Of a stretch of DNA of 38,687 bases, positions 9,857 through 19,100 are shown in pieces. The notes under the pieces are model-generated. The model was not told where the DNA came from. It did no database searches and was given only the letters and a program-made list of their open reading frames with translations. The position numbers and the translations under genes were made by a program. How positions within the stretch are numbered: the first letter of the stretch is position 1; each line of letters starts with the position of its first letter. This stretch comes from a virus (Duplodnaviria > Caudoviricetes): IMG/VR virus record IMGVR_UViG_3300033067_001742, positions 1 to 38,687 of that record. One strand, given 5' to 3'.

Positions 9857-10197
9857 TCACCGGCGACGTGGTGAGCGAGCTGGTGGCCGCCGGGCTGGTC
9901 GCCAATGCGGACTACGAGCCGGAGGGCGTGGTCAGCGACTTCGTGGTCGTCGTTCGCATCGGCTACGAGCCGACGATGACGCTGCAGGGGCCGATCGACC
10001 CGACCAAGAGCACGTTCTCGTTGCTGTGCAAGTCGGCGTCGAAGGCAGGCGCCAGCACGCTGGCCACGGCCGTGCGCAACGCGATCCAGGCCTCGACGGT
10101 CATCACCAGCAAGTTCTTCGAGCCCGTCACCGGCGACGAGTTCGAGCCGGAAACGATGGACAACGCCGAGGTCGTCAACTTCTCGACCTGGCAATAG
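9853..10197 (+). CDS. Tail terminator/completion protein
   Basis: 114 aa immediately before the tail tube gene, ATGA overlap, 'ASTLATAVRNAI' helix. Confidence 0.65.
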   Translation: MITGDVVSELVAAGLVANADYEPEGVVSDFVVVVRIGYEPTMTLQGPIDPTKSTFSLLCKSASKAGASTLATAVRNAIQASTVITSKFFEPVTGDEFEPETMDNAEVVNFSTWQ

Positions 10198-10222
10198 CAG
10201 CCCCACCGCAAAGGAGATCGAC

Positions 10223-10873
10223 ATGGGTGCACGTGTAGCAACGAATGTGAAAGTGGAAGTGCAGTCGACGCTCGGTACGGCGTCGGCTGCGGCGACGGCG
10301 ATCACGCTGGCCAACCCCGGCGTCGCGTCGGTGGCCGCGCACGGCTTCGCCAACGGCGACTACCTGATCGCCACGGTGACCGACGGCATGGTCGAGCTCG
10401 ACGGCCAGATGGTGCGCGTCGCGAACAGCACGGCCGGTACCTTCGAGCTCGAGGGGATCGACACGACCAACTACACCGCGCTCGTGGCCGGCACCACCAC
10501 CTTCAAGAAGATCACCGCGTTCTCGACCCTGTCGAACGCCACCAACCTCACGATGCCGGACGGCCAGCCGACCAAGCTCGAGGCGACGCGCCTGATCTCG
10601 AAGCGCCGCGAGTACCTGTTCGGCCTGCCGGATGCGCCGGACGGCTCGATCGACTCCGTGTACGACCCGCAGGTCAGCGCTGTCGGCAAGATCAAGGCGG
10701 CCACCAAGGCGAACACGCCCCTCGGCTTTAAGATCACCTGGTCGAACGGCTACAAGACCATTTTCAACGCCTACGTCTCGGGCGGCTCCGGCTTCGATGC
10801 CCAGCAGAACGCGGTGGTGAAGGCGAACATCTCCTTCACGCCGATCGGCGACCTGATCGAGTACACGACGTAG
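10223..10873 (+). CDS. Major tail tube protein
   Basis: AAGGAG RBS; 'ITLANPGVASVAAHGFANGD' insertion module; 'LFGLPD', 'FKITWSNG..IFNAYVS'. Confidence 0.85.
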   Translation: MGARVATNVKVEVQSTLGTASAAATAITLANPGVASVAAHGFANGDYLIATVTDGMVELDGQMVRVANSTAGTFELEGIDTTNYTALVAGTTTFKKITAFSTLSNATNLTMPDGQPTKLEATRLISKRREYLFGLPDAPDGSIDSVYDPQVSAVGKIKAATKANTPLGFKITWSNGYKTIFNAYVSGGSGFDAQQNAVVKANISFTPIGDLIEYTT

Positions 10874-10886
10874 TCGGAGCCAGCGC

Positions 10887-11252
10887 ATGTCGTCACAGCT
10901 GACCGCCAGGATCCGCAAGTCGCGCGAGTTGCGGATCGAACTCGACAAGCCGCGCGGCGACGGGAAGTTCACCGTCGTCGCGCTGCGCCCCAACGACCTC
11001 GAGATGTCCGAGCTCGTCGCGCTCTCCGGGCACCAGCACATCCGGCGGATGCTCGAGTGCGTGGTCGGGTGGGAGGGCGTCACCGAGGACGACCTGGTGG
11101 GAGGCGGGGGCACCGACAGCGTGCCCTTCGACGCGCGGCTGTGGGTGGACTGGGCGGCCGACAACGGCACCTGGTGGAACCCGATCGCTGAGCGGCTCAA
11201 GGCCGCATACGCGACCCACATCGAGTCGCTGGAGGTCGCCGCAAAAAACTGA
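10887..11252 (+). CDS. Tail assembly chaperone (gpG-like)
   Basis: Follows the tube gene; 'VVGWEGVTE..L..G....VPFD'; ends GCA AAA AAC TGA. Confidence 0.85.
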   Translation: MSSQLTARIRKSRELRIELDKPRGDGKFTVVALRPNDLEMSELVALSGHQHIRRMLECVVGWEGVTEDDLVGGGGTDSVPFDARLWVDWAADNGTWWNPIAERLKAAYATHIESLEVAAKN

Positions 11253-11476
11253 CAGCCCGGCTCGAGACGCCGGGCTTTCAGCACGAACGAACGGTCGAGA
11301 GAAAGCGCGAGGACCTCGCGCTGGAGGTGTGGGACCTGATGGGGTGCGAGTTGAACTGGAGCGCGCTGCCGACAATCGTGGAGCTGCTGGGTATCGACGA
11401 CGTTCCACTGCTCGTCGCGCACCTGCGCGCCATCCGCGGCCACGCGGATCGTCTGCGCGAGGCCGCCCATGGCTGA
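11243..11476 (+). CDS. -1 frameshift extension of the tail chaperone (gpGT-like)
   Basis: Slippery heptamer A AAA AAC at 11243-11249. The -1 frame reads KLTARLETPGFQHERTVERKREDLALEVWDLMGCELNWSALPTIVELLGIDDVPLLVAHLRAIRGHADRLREAAHG* to TGA at 11474-11476. Confidence 0.85.
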   Translation, partial: KKLTARLETPGFQHERTVERKREDLALEVWDLMGCELNWSALPTIVELLGIDDVPLLVAHLRAIRGHADRLREAAHG

Positions 11477-12026
11477 CGGCGTGACGGTGCGCGGCCTCGA
11501 GGAGACCAAGCGCACGCTGGACGGCCTGGCCGCCGACCTGCGCCGCAAGGTGGTCCGTCAGGCCGAGCGCGATGCGATGCGGCCGCTGGTGGCCGCCGCG
11601 CGCGAGGCCGCGCCGATCTTGAAGCGGCCGCACCCGCGCCGCCGTCCCAGCGTGATGCGCAAGGCGATCCGGATCTTCAACTCGAAGAAGGCCAACGGGC
11701 GCGGCGGCGTGCTGGGCGTGTACGTGACCGTGAAGGCCACGCGCGCCACGCGGCGCAAGGCGCCGGTCACGGGCGATCCCTACTACTTCCGGTGGGTCGA
11801 GGGCGGCCACCGAATCGTGCCGCGCTACAAGGGCAAGTACACCGACTACAAGCAGCGCGGCCGCGGCCGGCTGACGGGCCTGCGCGCGCGCCGTCGTGCG
11901 GCGACCGGCTGGGTGCGGCCGTACGAGTTCCTGCTGCCGGCGTACCGCAGCAAGGCGAGCCACGCCATCAACATCTTCACCGACCGCATCCACGCGCGGA
12001 TCGCCAAGGCGAACGGAGTTAAATGA
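11469..12026 (+). CDS. HK97 gp10-family tail component
   Basis: 'VTVRGLEE..L..L', 'AAREAAP', 'PYYFRWVEGGH', 'RPYEFLLPAY'. Confidence 0.8.
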   Translation: MADGVTVRGLEETKRTLDGLAADLRRKVVRQAERDAMRPLVAAAREAAPILKRPHPRRRPSVMRKAIRIFNSKKANGRGGVLGVYVTVKATRATRRKAPVTGDPYYFRWVEGGHRIVPRYKGKYTDYKQRGRGRLTGLRARRRAATGWVRPYEFLLPAYRSKASHAINIFTDRIHARIAKANGVK

Positions 12027-12027
12027 C

Positions 12028-14295
12028 ATGCCTGCCGGCCTGATCACCGTCGACTTCGAGGCCCGCCTCACCAAGCTCGAGGAGGGCATCCGCCGCTCGA
12101 ACCAGCAGCTGAACTCGTTCGGCAAGACCGCCGACGTGGTCAGTGCCGGGATCAAGGGGTCGTTCGCTGGGATCATTGCCGCGTTCACAGCGGAAGGCGT
12201 GATTGGATGGGCGAAGGGAGTGATCGACGCCGCGGAGGCGCTGCAGGACTTGTCCGAAGCGACCGGATCCAGCGTGGAGGCCCTGTCGCGCCTCAACAAC
12301 ATCGTCAAGGTGGGCGGCGGCAACTTCGAGGAGATCAAGGGGGCCCTCGAACGCCTGGCGCCGGCTCTCAACGGCGTGGACGAGGAGGGCGGCAATGCGG
12401 CCCGCGCGCTGAAGTTCCTGAACATCGAGGCCAAGGACCCGGCGGCCGCGCTCGAGGAGATCGCGCAGAAGCTCAACAAGTTCGCCGACGGCGCTGGCAA
12501 GGCGGCGATCGCCAAGGACATCTTCGGGAAGGCCGGTGTCGGCTTCCTCGCGACGCTGAAGGACATCGCGGAAAAGGGCGACATCGCTGCCACGGTCACG
12601 ACGAAGCAGGCGGAGGAAGCCACCAAGTTCGCCGAGGCGCTGCGGCGGCTGCAGGTCGAGGGCCAGACGCTTTCCCGCATTCTTCTCACCGATGTCGTGC
12701 CTGCGCTCACCGACACGTTGGAGGAGCTGATCGAAGGCACCAAGGCCGCCGGCGGCTTCTTCAACGCGATCCTGGCCTTCGGGACGATGTCCCCGTTCGA
12801 CACCACCGCGGTGGCGATCAGCAAGACGCGCGAGGAGCTCGACAAGCTCAACAAGGCCAGCGTGGGCGGCGGCTTCATCAAGGATGTCGACGGGATGGTG
12901 GTCGACGCGACCGCGAGCTTCCAGCGCCTGAATGCCCAGCTGGCGGTGCTCGATGCCCGGCAGAAGCGCGAGACCCGCGGCCTCTACGGTCCGCAGTTCC
13001 TCGACGCCCGCGACCTGCGCCTGCGGGGGCCGTCGTCGCTTCCGACGCTCAACTACAGCGGCGCCAGCAGCAAAGGGACCGCTGCCAAGGAAAAGGTCGA
13101 CGACTTCACCAAGGCGATCGAGCGCCTGAACCGGATGGCCGCCGAGGCGCAGCTCGAGCTCGACGGCATGTTCAGCACCGAGCCGATCACCTCTGCGCAG
13201 AAGGCGCTGACCGCGATGATGGCCAGCGACGACTGGGACAAGTTCACCCAGGCGCAGAAGGACGCGCTGACGGCCCGCTTCCAAATGGTGATCGGGATCG
13301 AGCGCGAGACGCAGGCCTGGAAGGCGCGGCGCGAGGAGATCGAGAAGCAATCGCAGGCGGAGCAGAGAGCTGCGGAAGCCGAGCAGCGGGCGAAGGAGGC
13401 ATTTACCGCGCGCCTTGGAGACTACGCCGAGGAGAACTCGATCATGCAGCGCTCGATCGCGCTCATCGGTGCGGACGACGCGGCCCGCCAGAAGTTCGCC
13501 GCCACCATCGAGTTCGAGCGCCTCGCCAACCAGGCGAAGATGGCCAATGATGTCGAGGGCCTGAAGATCCTCGAAGAGCAGTACGAGGTCCGGCTCAAGC
13601 TGATCGATGTGATCGCCGAGCAGACGAAGCGGATGCAGGACATCCAGCAGTGGACGGAGCTCGGCCGCTCGTCCATGTCGCAGTTCCTGCAGGACCTCAC
13701 CACCATGAAGCCCGGCGACGCGCTGCGCCGGCTTGGCGACAACCTCGGCGGCAAGATCACCAGCATGGTGGCCGACAAGCTGTCGACCTCCGCCTTCGAC
13801 AAGGGTGGCATCTTCGGCGGCTTCGGCGAGCTGATGTCCGGCCTGTTCGGCGGCCAGGACACCGGCGCGGTGGCGCTCACGGGCTCCGCGACCGCGCTGA
13901 GCGGGTCGGCGGCGGCGCTGACCTCGGCGGCGGCGGCCCTCACCAGCGCAGCCGCGATGCAGGGCACCTCCTCGGCCGCCAGCGGCATGGGCGGCTTCCT
14001 GGGCGACCTGTTCGGCGGCGGGGGTGGCGGCGGGGGCGACATCCTGACCGGCATCCAAGACCTGCTGCCCGCCTTCGCCACCGGCACGTCCTACGTGCCG
14101 CGGGACATGGTGGCGCGCATCCACAAGGGCGAGCGGATCGTGCCAGCCGCCCAGAACCGCTCCGCGCGGTCCGAGCGGGCCGCGGGGTCTCCGGTGGTGA
14201 TCAACATGAACGTCTACGGCGGCAGCACGCAGACCGCGCGCCAGGCCGCGCGCACGGCCGCCGACCGGGCGACGGCAGCGCGGCGGAGGGGGTAA
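12028..14295 (+). CDS. Tail tape measure protein
   Basis: 755 aa, Ala-rich and helical, with C-terminal 'FATGTSYVPRDMVARIHKGERIVPA'. Confidence 0.9.
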   Translation: MPAGLITVDFEARLTKLEEGIRRSNQQLNSFGKTADVVSAGIKGSFAGIIAAFTAEGVIGWAKGVIDAAEALQDLSEATGSSVEALSRLNNIVKVGGGNFEEIKGALERLAPALNGVDEEGGNAARALKFLNIEAKDPAAALEEIAQKLNKFADGAGKAAIAKDIFGKAGVGFLATLKDIAEKGDIAATVTTKQAEEATKFAEALRRLQVEGQTLSRILLTDVVPALTDTLEELIEGTKAAGGFFNAILAFGTMSPFDTTAVAISKTREELDKLNKASVGGGFIKDVDGMVVDATASFQRLNAQLAVLDARQKRETRGLYGPQFLDARDLRLRGPSSLPTLNYSGASSKGTAAKEKVDDFTKAIERLNRMAAEAQLELDGMFSTEPITSAQKALTAMMASDDWDKFTQAQKDALTARFQMVIGIERETQAWKARREEIEKQSQAEQRAAEAEQRAKEAFTARLGDYAEENSIMQRSIALIGADDAARQKFAATIEFERLANQAKMANDVEGLKILEEQYEVRLKLIDVIAEQTKRMQDIQQWTELGRSSMSQFLQDLTTMKPGDALRRLGDNLGGKITSMVADKLSTSAFDKGGIFGGFGELMSGLFGGQDTGAVALTGSATALSGSAAALTSAAAALTSAAAMQGTSSAASGMGGFLGDLFGGGGGGGGDILTGIQDLLPAFATGTSYVPRDMVARIHKGERIVPAAQNRSARSERAAGSPVVINMNVYGGSTQTARQAARTAADRATAARRRG

Positions 14296-14298
14296 GGG

Positions 14299-14859
14299 AT
14301 GGCGTACAAAGACATGCTGCTCCCGGTCGGCATCGCGCTCGACTGGGCCAGCGCTCCGGGCTACTCGACCGACGTGCTGGTGATGGACAACGGCCGCGAG
14401 TCGCGCAACCAGAACCTGTCCGGCAACGCCGCCCGGCTGACCATTCGCTACAACGCGATGAACGCCGCGTACTGGCAGCAGCTGGACGCCATGTTCCAGA
14501 TCGCCGCCGGACGCGCGCACACCTTCCGCGTGCGCGATCCGCGCTACAACGTGGCGACGGCAGCGACCGGCAAGATCGTCGGGTCCCAGATGGTCTATCG
14601 GGTCACCGTCGGCGCGTACACCTTCGAGAAGGCGATCACGAAGCCGGATGCGTCGGTCACCCTCACCGGCGGCGGCACCTTCAGCACGACCACCGGCCTC
14701 ATCACCTCCGGGACGCCCACCGCGTGGGAGGGCCCGTTTTACCTGTGCATGCGCTTCGATGTCGACGCGCTTGAGGTGACCGGGCTCGACCGCGCCGGAG
14801 ACGGCTCCTACATCGCGCGCTTCAACGACATCCCGCTGGTCGAGGTGCTGGGCGAATGA
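14299..14859 (+). CDS. Distal tail protein, DUF2460-like (GTA-type)
   Basis: 'PGYSTDV..MDNGRESRNQ', 'F..AAGRAHTFRVRDP', 'ITKP', 'F...MRFD.D.L', 'IPLVEV'. Confidence 0.85.
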   Translation: MAYKDMLLPVGIALDWASAPGYSTDVLVMDNGRESRNQNLSGNAARLTIRYNAMNAAYWQQLDAMFQIAAGRAHTFRVRDPRYNVATAATGKIVGSQMVYRVTVGAYTFEKAITKPDASVTLTGGGTFSTTTGLITSGTPTAWEGPFYLCMRFDVDALEVTGLDRAGDGSYIARFNDIPLVEVLGE

Positions 14860-15722
14860 AGACGCTCGATCCTGCCATGGAGACGCACCTGGCGCTGCCG
14901 ACGACGACGCTCACTACAATCGTGCGCGTCGAGCGGGTGGACGGCGTGGTGCTGCGCGTCACCGCCTTCGACGCGCCGCTGGTGGTCGGAGGCGAGACCT
15001 ACGAACCGTTCGGCTTCCTGCGCAGCGACGTGGACGTTTCCGACGCCATGGATGTCGGCACCACGGAGATCACCAGCATCCTGCGCAGCGACTCGCTGAC
15101 CGAAGACGATCTGCGCATCGGCCGCTGGGACTTCGCCGCGTACAGCATGCAGCGGGTGAACTGGGCCGACCTGGCCATCGCGCCGGAGATCCTCAGCGAG
15201 GGGAACCTGGGCGTCGTGCGCACGGGCCGCCTGAAGTTCGTGGCCGAGCTGCTCGGGATCATGCAGGCCGTCCAGAACAGCATCGGCGTCCTGAACTCGC
15301 CGCAGTGCATCCACAACTTCGGGATGAGCGAGGGCGGGCCTGGCCGCGGCAATGGCTGCACGTTCAATCTCGCCACCGTGACGCAGACCGGAACCGTCGC
15401 CTCCGTCGACTCCGATCTCTACGGCGTGCACGATGCCGCGCGGACCGAGGCCGACGGCTACTACAGCAACGGCACGTTCCAGATCACCTCGGGCCCGTAC
15501 AACGGGCTGAAGTTCGAGATCCGGGCCTACATCGTCGGCTTCTGGGTCCTCTTCACGGCCCTGCCGGCCGACATCACCGGGGCCACCTATTCGATCGTGC
15601 GCGGGTGCAACAAGAGCCTGCGCCAGTGCGTGGACGACTTCAACAACGTCCTCGACCGGCTGGCCTCCGACTACACCCAGGGCGGCGACGCGGCGGTCCA
15701 GGTGGGGCGGCACAACGGATGA
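14856..15722 (+). CDS. Baseplate hub protein, DUF2163/BR0599-like
   Basis: 'RVDGVVL', 'LTEDDLRIGRWDFA', 'VNWADL', and Cys motifs 'C.HNFG...C' and 'GCNKSLRQC...FNN'. Confidence 0.85.
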   Translation: MKTLDPAMETHLALPTTTLTTIVRVERVDGVVLRVTAFDAPLVVGGETYEPFGFLRSDVDVSDAMDVGTTEITSILRSDSLTEDDLRIGRWDFAAYSMQRVNWADLAIAPEILSEGNLGVVRTGRLKFVAELLGIMQAVQNSIGVLNSPQCIHNFGMSEGGPGRGNGCTFNLATVTQTGTVASVDSDLYGVHDAARTEADGYYSNGTFQITSGPYNGLKFEIRAYIVGFWVLFTALPADITGATYSIVRGCNKSLRQCVDDFNNVLDRLASDYTQGGDAAVQVGRHNG

Positions 15723-16150
15723 CGCGCGACGAAGTCATCGCCGAGGCCCGGACCTGGCTCGGCACACCGTGGGTGCACCAGGCGTGCTGCAAGGGCGTCG
15801 GGGTGGACTGCCTGCACTACATCGCCGGCGTCGTGCGCACGTTCGGGCGGCCGGAGGCCGAGCGCTTCTTTGCCAATCAGGAGTGGCAGTCCTACGGCCG
15901 GCACCCGGACCCCGTGATGATGTTCGCCGGCTGCGACGAGCTGCTCGAGCGCATCGCGCCGGAGGAGGCCCTGCCGGCGGACGTGCTGGTGCTCCGCTGC
16001 GGCCGGCACCCGATGCACTTCGCGTTCCTGTCGCGGCCGGACTACATGCTGCACGCCTGGCTCGGTGCCGGCCGCGTGATCGAGCAACGTATCGACGAGA
16101 AGTGGGCGGCGCGCGTCGTCCGCGTCTACCGCCTCCGGGGGATCGAATAG
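15719..16150 (+). CDS. Tail-associated NlpC/P60 cell-wall peptidase
   Basis: 'EARTWLGTPWVHQA..KGVGVDC' (catalytic Cys), 'HFAF' and 'MLHA'. Confidence 0.9.
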   Translation: MTRDEVIAEARTWLGTPWVHQACCKGVGVDCLHYIAGVVRTFGRPEAERFFANQEWQSYGRHPDPVMMFAGCDELLERIAPEEALPADVLVLRCGRHPMHFAFLSRPDYMLHAWLGAGRVIEQRIDEKWAARVVRVYRLRGIE

Positions 16151-19100
16151 ATGGGACAGCTTGCACTCGGCCTCGCTGGAGCCGCGGCCGGCTTTGCGTT
16201 TGGGGGACCCACCGGCGCGCAGATCGGCTGGATGCTCGGCTCCTTCGCGTGGAACCTGCTCGACCCGCCGAAGGTTCAGGGACCGCGGCTGCAGGACACC
16301 AAGGTGCGCGGCGCCGACTACGGTTCGATGCGTCCGATCATCTACGGGATGGTGCGGGTCGGCGGCCTGGGCATGGGGCAGGGCAGCACGTCGGAGGGCC
16401 CGAACAAGTTCACCGAGCACAAGGAGAAAAGCGGCGGCAAGGGCGGCCCGGAGGTGACCAGCTACAGGTACACGCTCTCGTTCTTCAACGAGATCTGCGA
16501 AGGCCCGATCATCGGCGTGCAGCGCCGCTGGGCCAATGGCCGGCTGATCACGGAGGGCGGCCAGGAGGCGAGCGCGGAGTGGCCCTACGTGCTGTACCTC
16601 GGCGACGAGGCGCAAATGCCCGACCCGACGATGGAGACGATCTATGGAGTCGGCAACGTCAACCCGATGCGCGGCGTCGCGTACGAGGCGATCGAGGAAC
16701 TGGACGTTACCGACTATGGCAACGCGCGGCCGAACGTCGAGTACGAGGCGTACACCAACTTCGGCGACATCCCGTGGCGGGTCAGCTCGTTCGCCCCGTG
16801 GTCGGCGACTCCGCTGCTGGGCAACTTCTACCATAGCGCGGCGACGTACAAGAACCACGTGATCACGACCGTGGAGATGGGCAACGGCGCGGTCGACACG
16901 TTCAAGATCCGGCAGTTCGACCGGGATGGCACGCAGATCGGCACGACGATCACCCAGTCGTGTCCCACGCCCGGCACTCAGGCGATCTTCCCGGTCACCA
17001 ACGCCAACCTGTTCCTGCGCACGTTCAACACCGGCGTCGGCCTCGACTGGTACTGGTTCTACTACAACGAGAGCACGCAATCCATCGAGGAGGGCCACCG
17101 GCAGGCCGACGGTGGTGGCGCCGAGCCTTACATCGACGCTCCGATGATCGCGGTGGGCAGCTCGATCTACTCGGTCGGCCACTTCGGTTTCGGCTGGTCC
17201 GTGTCGCGCTTTCAAAACTCCGGCGGCGTCGGCGGCCCGTTTGTCGCCAGCGCTCCGGTCTATACCGGCACGGCCAGCTTCAACGCGGCGCCGACGATGG
17301 GCACCAGCAGCGAAGACGACGTGTTCTACCTACTGTGGGAGGAGGCCGACGGGCAGCACCTGCGCAAGATCAACGCGCTCGACCTCACCACGTTGCAGGA
17401 CTGGGGACCGTCGGCCACCGGCGGCACGTACCTCGAGCGCTCCGGCATCACCTTCCACGTCGAGAACGGGCTGATCTGCAACGGGCGGCAGGTGTCGTCT
17501 GGGGTGTACGAGATCCGGCTGGTCCAGATCAACGGCACGACCCTGACCAATTTCGGGAACTCGATCTCGACCACGGCCACCAACCCGACGCAGTCGATCT
17601 GGATCGGCAACGGGCTCCTGGTCGACCCGGTCGGGGTCTACTCGATCATCCCGCCCCCGGCCAATGTGCTGCTGTCCAGCGTCGTCGCTGATCTGCTCGA
17701 GCGCGCGGGGCTCAACTCGGGACAATACGACACCAGCGACCTGACGCAGGAGGTGAGGGGCTTCGTGGTCGCGTCGCAGATGACCGTACGCAACGCGATC
17801 GACATCCTGCGCCGCGCGTACTTCTTCGACGTGACTGAATACGACGGCAAGGTGGTGTGCGTGAACCGCGGCCACGATGCCATCGCCACCATCCCGGACG
17901 AGGACCTGGCCGCGCACGAGCCGGGGTCGGAGCCGGGCGAGCCGCTGGAGATGACGCGCGCACCCGAGGCCGAGCTGCCGCGCACCGTCTTCATCAACTA
18001 CTACGATCTGAACGCCGACTACCAGCAGGGGTCGCAATACTGGCGCCGCACCGTCACCCGCAGCCAGTCGGACGTGACGCTCGACCTCCCGCTGGTGTTC
18101 ACCGCCAGCGAGGCGCTGGACCGCGCCCAATGGCACATGCACTTCGCGTGGCTGGAGCGCGACCGCTTCGCCTGGACTACGACCCGCAAGTGGAGCGCGC
18201 TGACGCCGACCGACGTGGTGGTGGTGCGCGGCGTGAATATCCGCATCACCAGCAAGACCGAATCGCCGAACGGCCTCGTGCGGTTCGAGGGCGTGCGCGC
18301 GTTCGCGGGAGCGTTCACCGGCGGCAACCCAGCCACCGACCCGATCTCCGGCGGCACGCCGGGCACGGGCGGCGGTGGGCAGCCGCCACCGACCACGCCG
18401 GCCGACCTCGCCGCCACGCAGCTCGTGCTGCTCGACATCCCGGCCGTGTCGCAGGGCGACAAGCCGTACGGCTTTTACGCCGCGATGGGGCCCGCGGCCC
18501 CGGGCCGGTGGCCGGGGGCCGCGCTGTACAAGTCGATCGACGGCGGCGTCACGTACCAGAACGTCGCGTCGACCACCACGGCCGCGACCATCGGCCGGGT
18601 CACGGCCGGGTCACTCGGGGCCTATGCCCTCGGCGACGTGATCGACGAGTCGACGTGCACGGTCGCGCTGTCGATGCCCGATGCCACGCTGGAGACGATC
18701 AGCGGCACGGCCCTCGCCAACGGCGGCAACTTGTGTGCAATCGCCACCGGCTCGACGTGGGAACTGTGCCAGTTCCGGGATGCGGTCCTGGTATCGCCGG
18801 CGACGTATGAGCTCACCGGGTTCAAGCGGGGCCGCAAGGGCACGCCGACCGCCGGCCACGGGACGAACGACCGCTTCGTGCTGCTGCCCGTCGTCAACGT
18901 GGACGGCGCGCTGGCCGAGCTCAACGTCGCGCTACTGTACAAGGCGGTTACGTTCGGCGCCGCGATCGCCGACGTGACGGAGGTCAGTTTTACGAATACC
19001 GGCGAGGCGGCCGGGGGATCGAACGGCGACAACGAGAACGGCGTGTTCGACGAGATCGCCGCCCAGTTCCCGGTCGCGACGACCTACATCACCTCCACCG

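Noticed and set aside
543-14520. Long antisense and alternate-frame ORFs (e.g. 543-2129, 6883-7767, 10893-12881, 12019-14520) and the long N-terminal extensions in the ORF track
   Set aside because: Shadow ORFs expected at high GC; they overlap well-supported genes and have no motifs or RBS.
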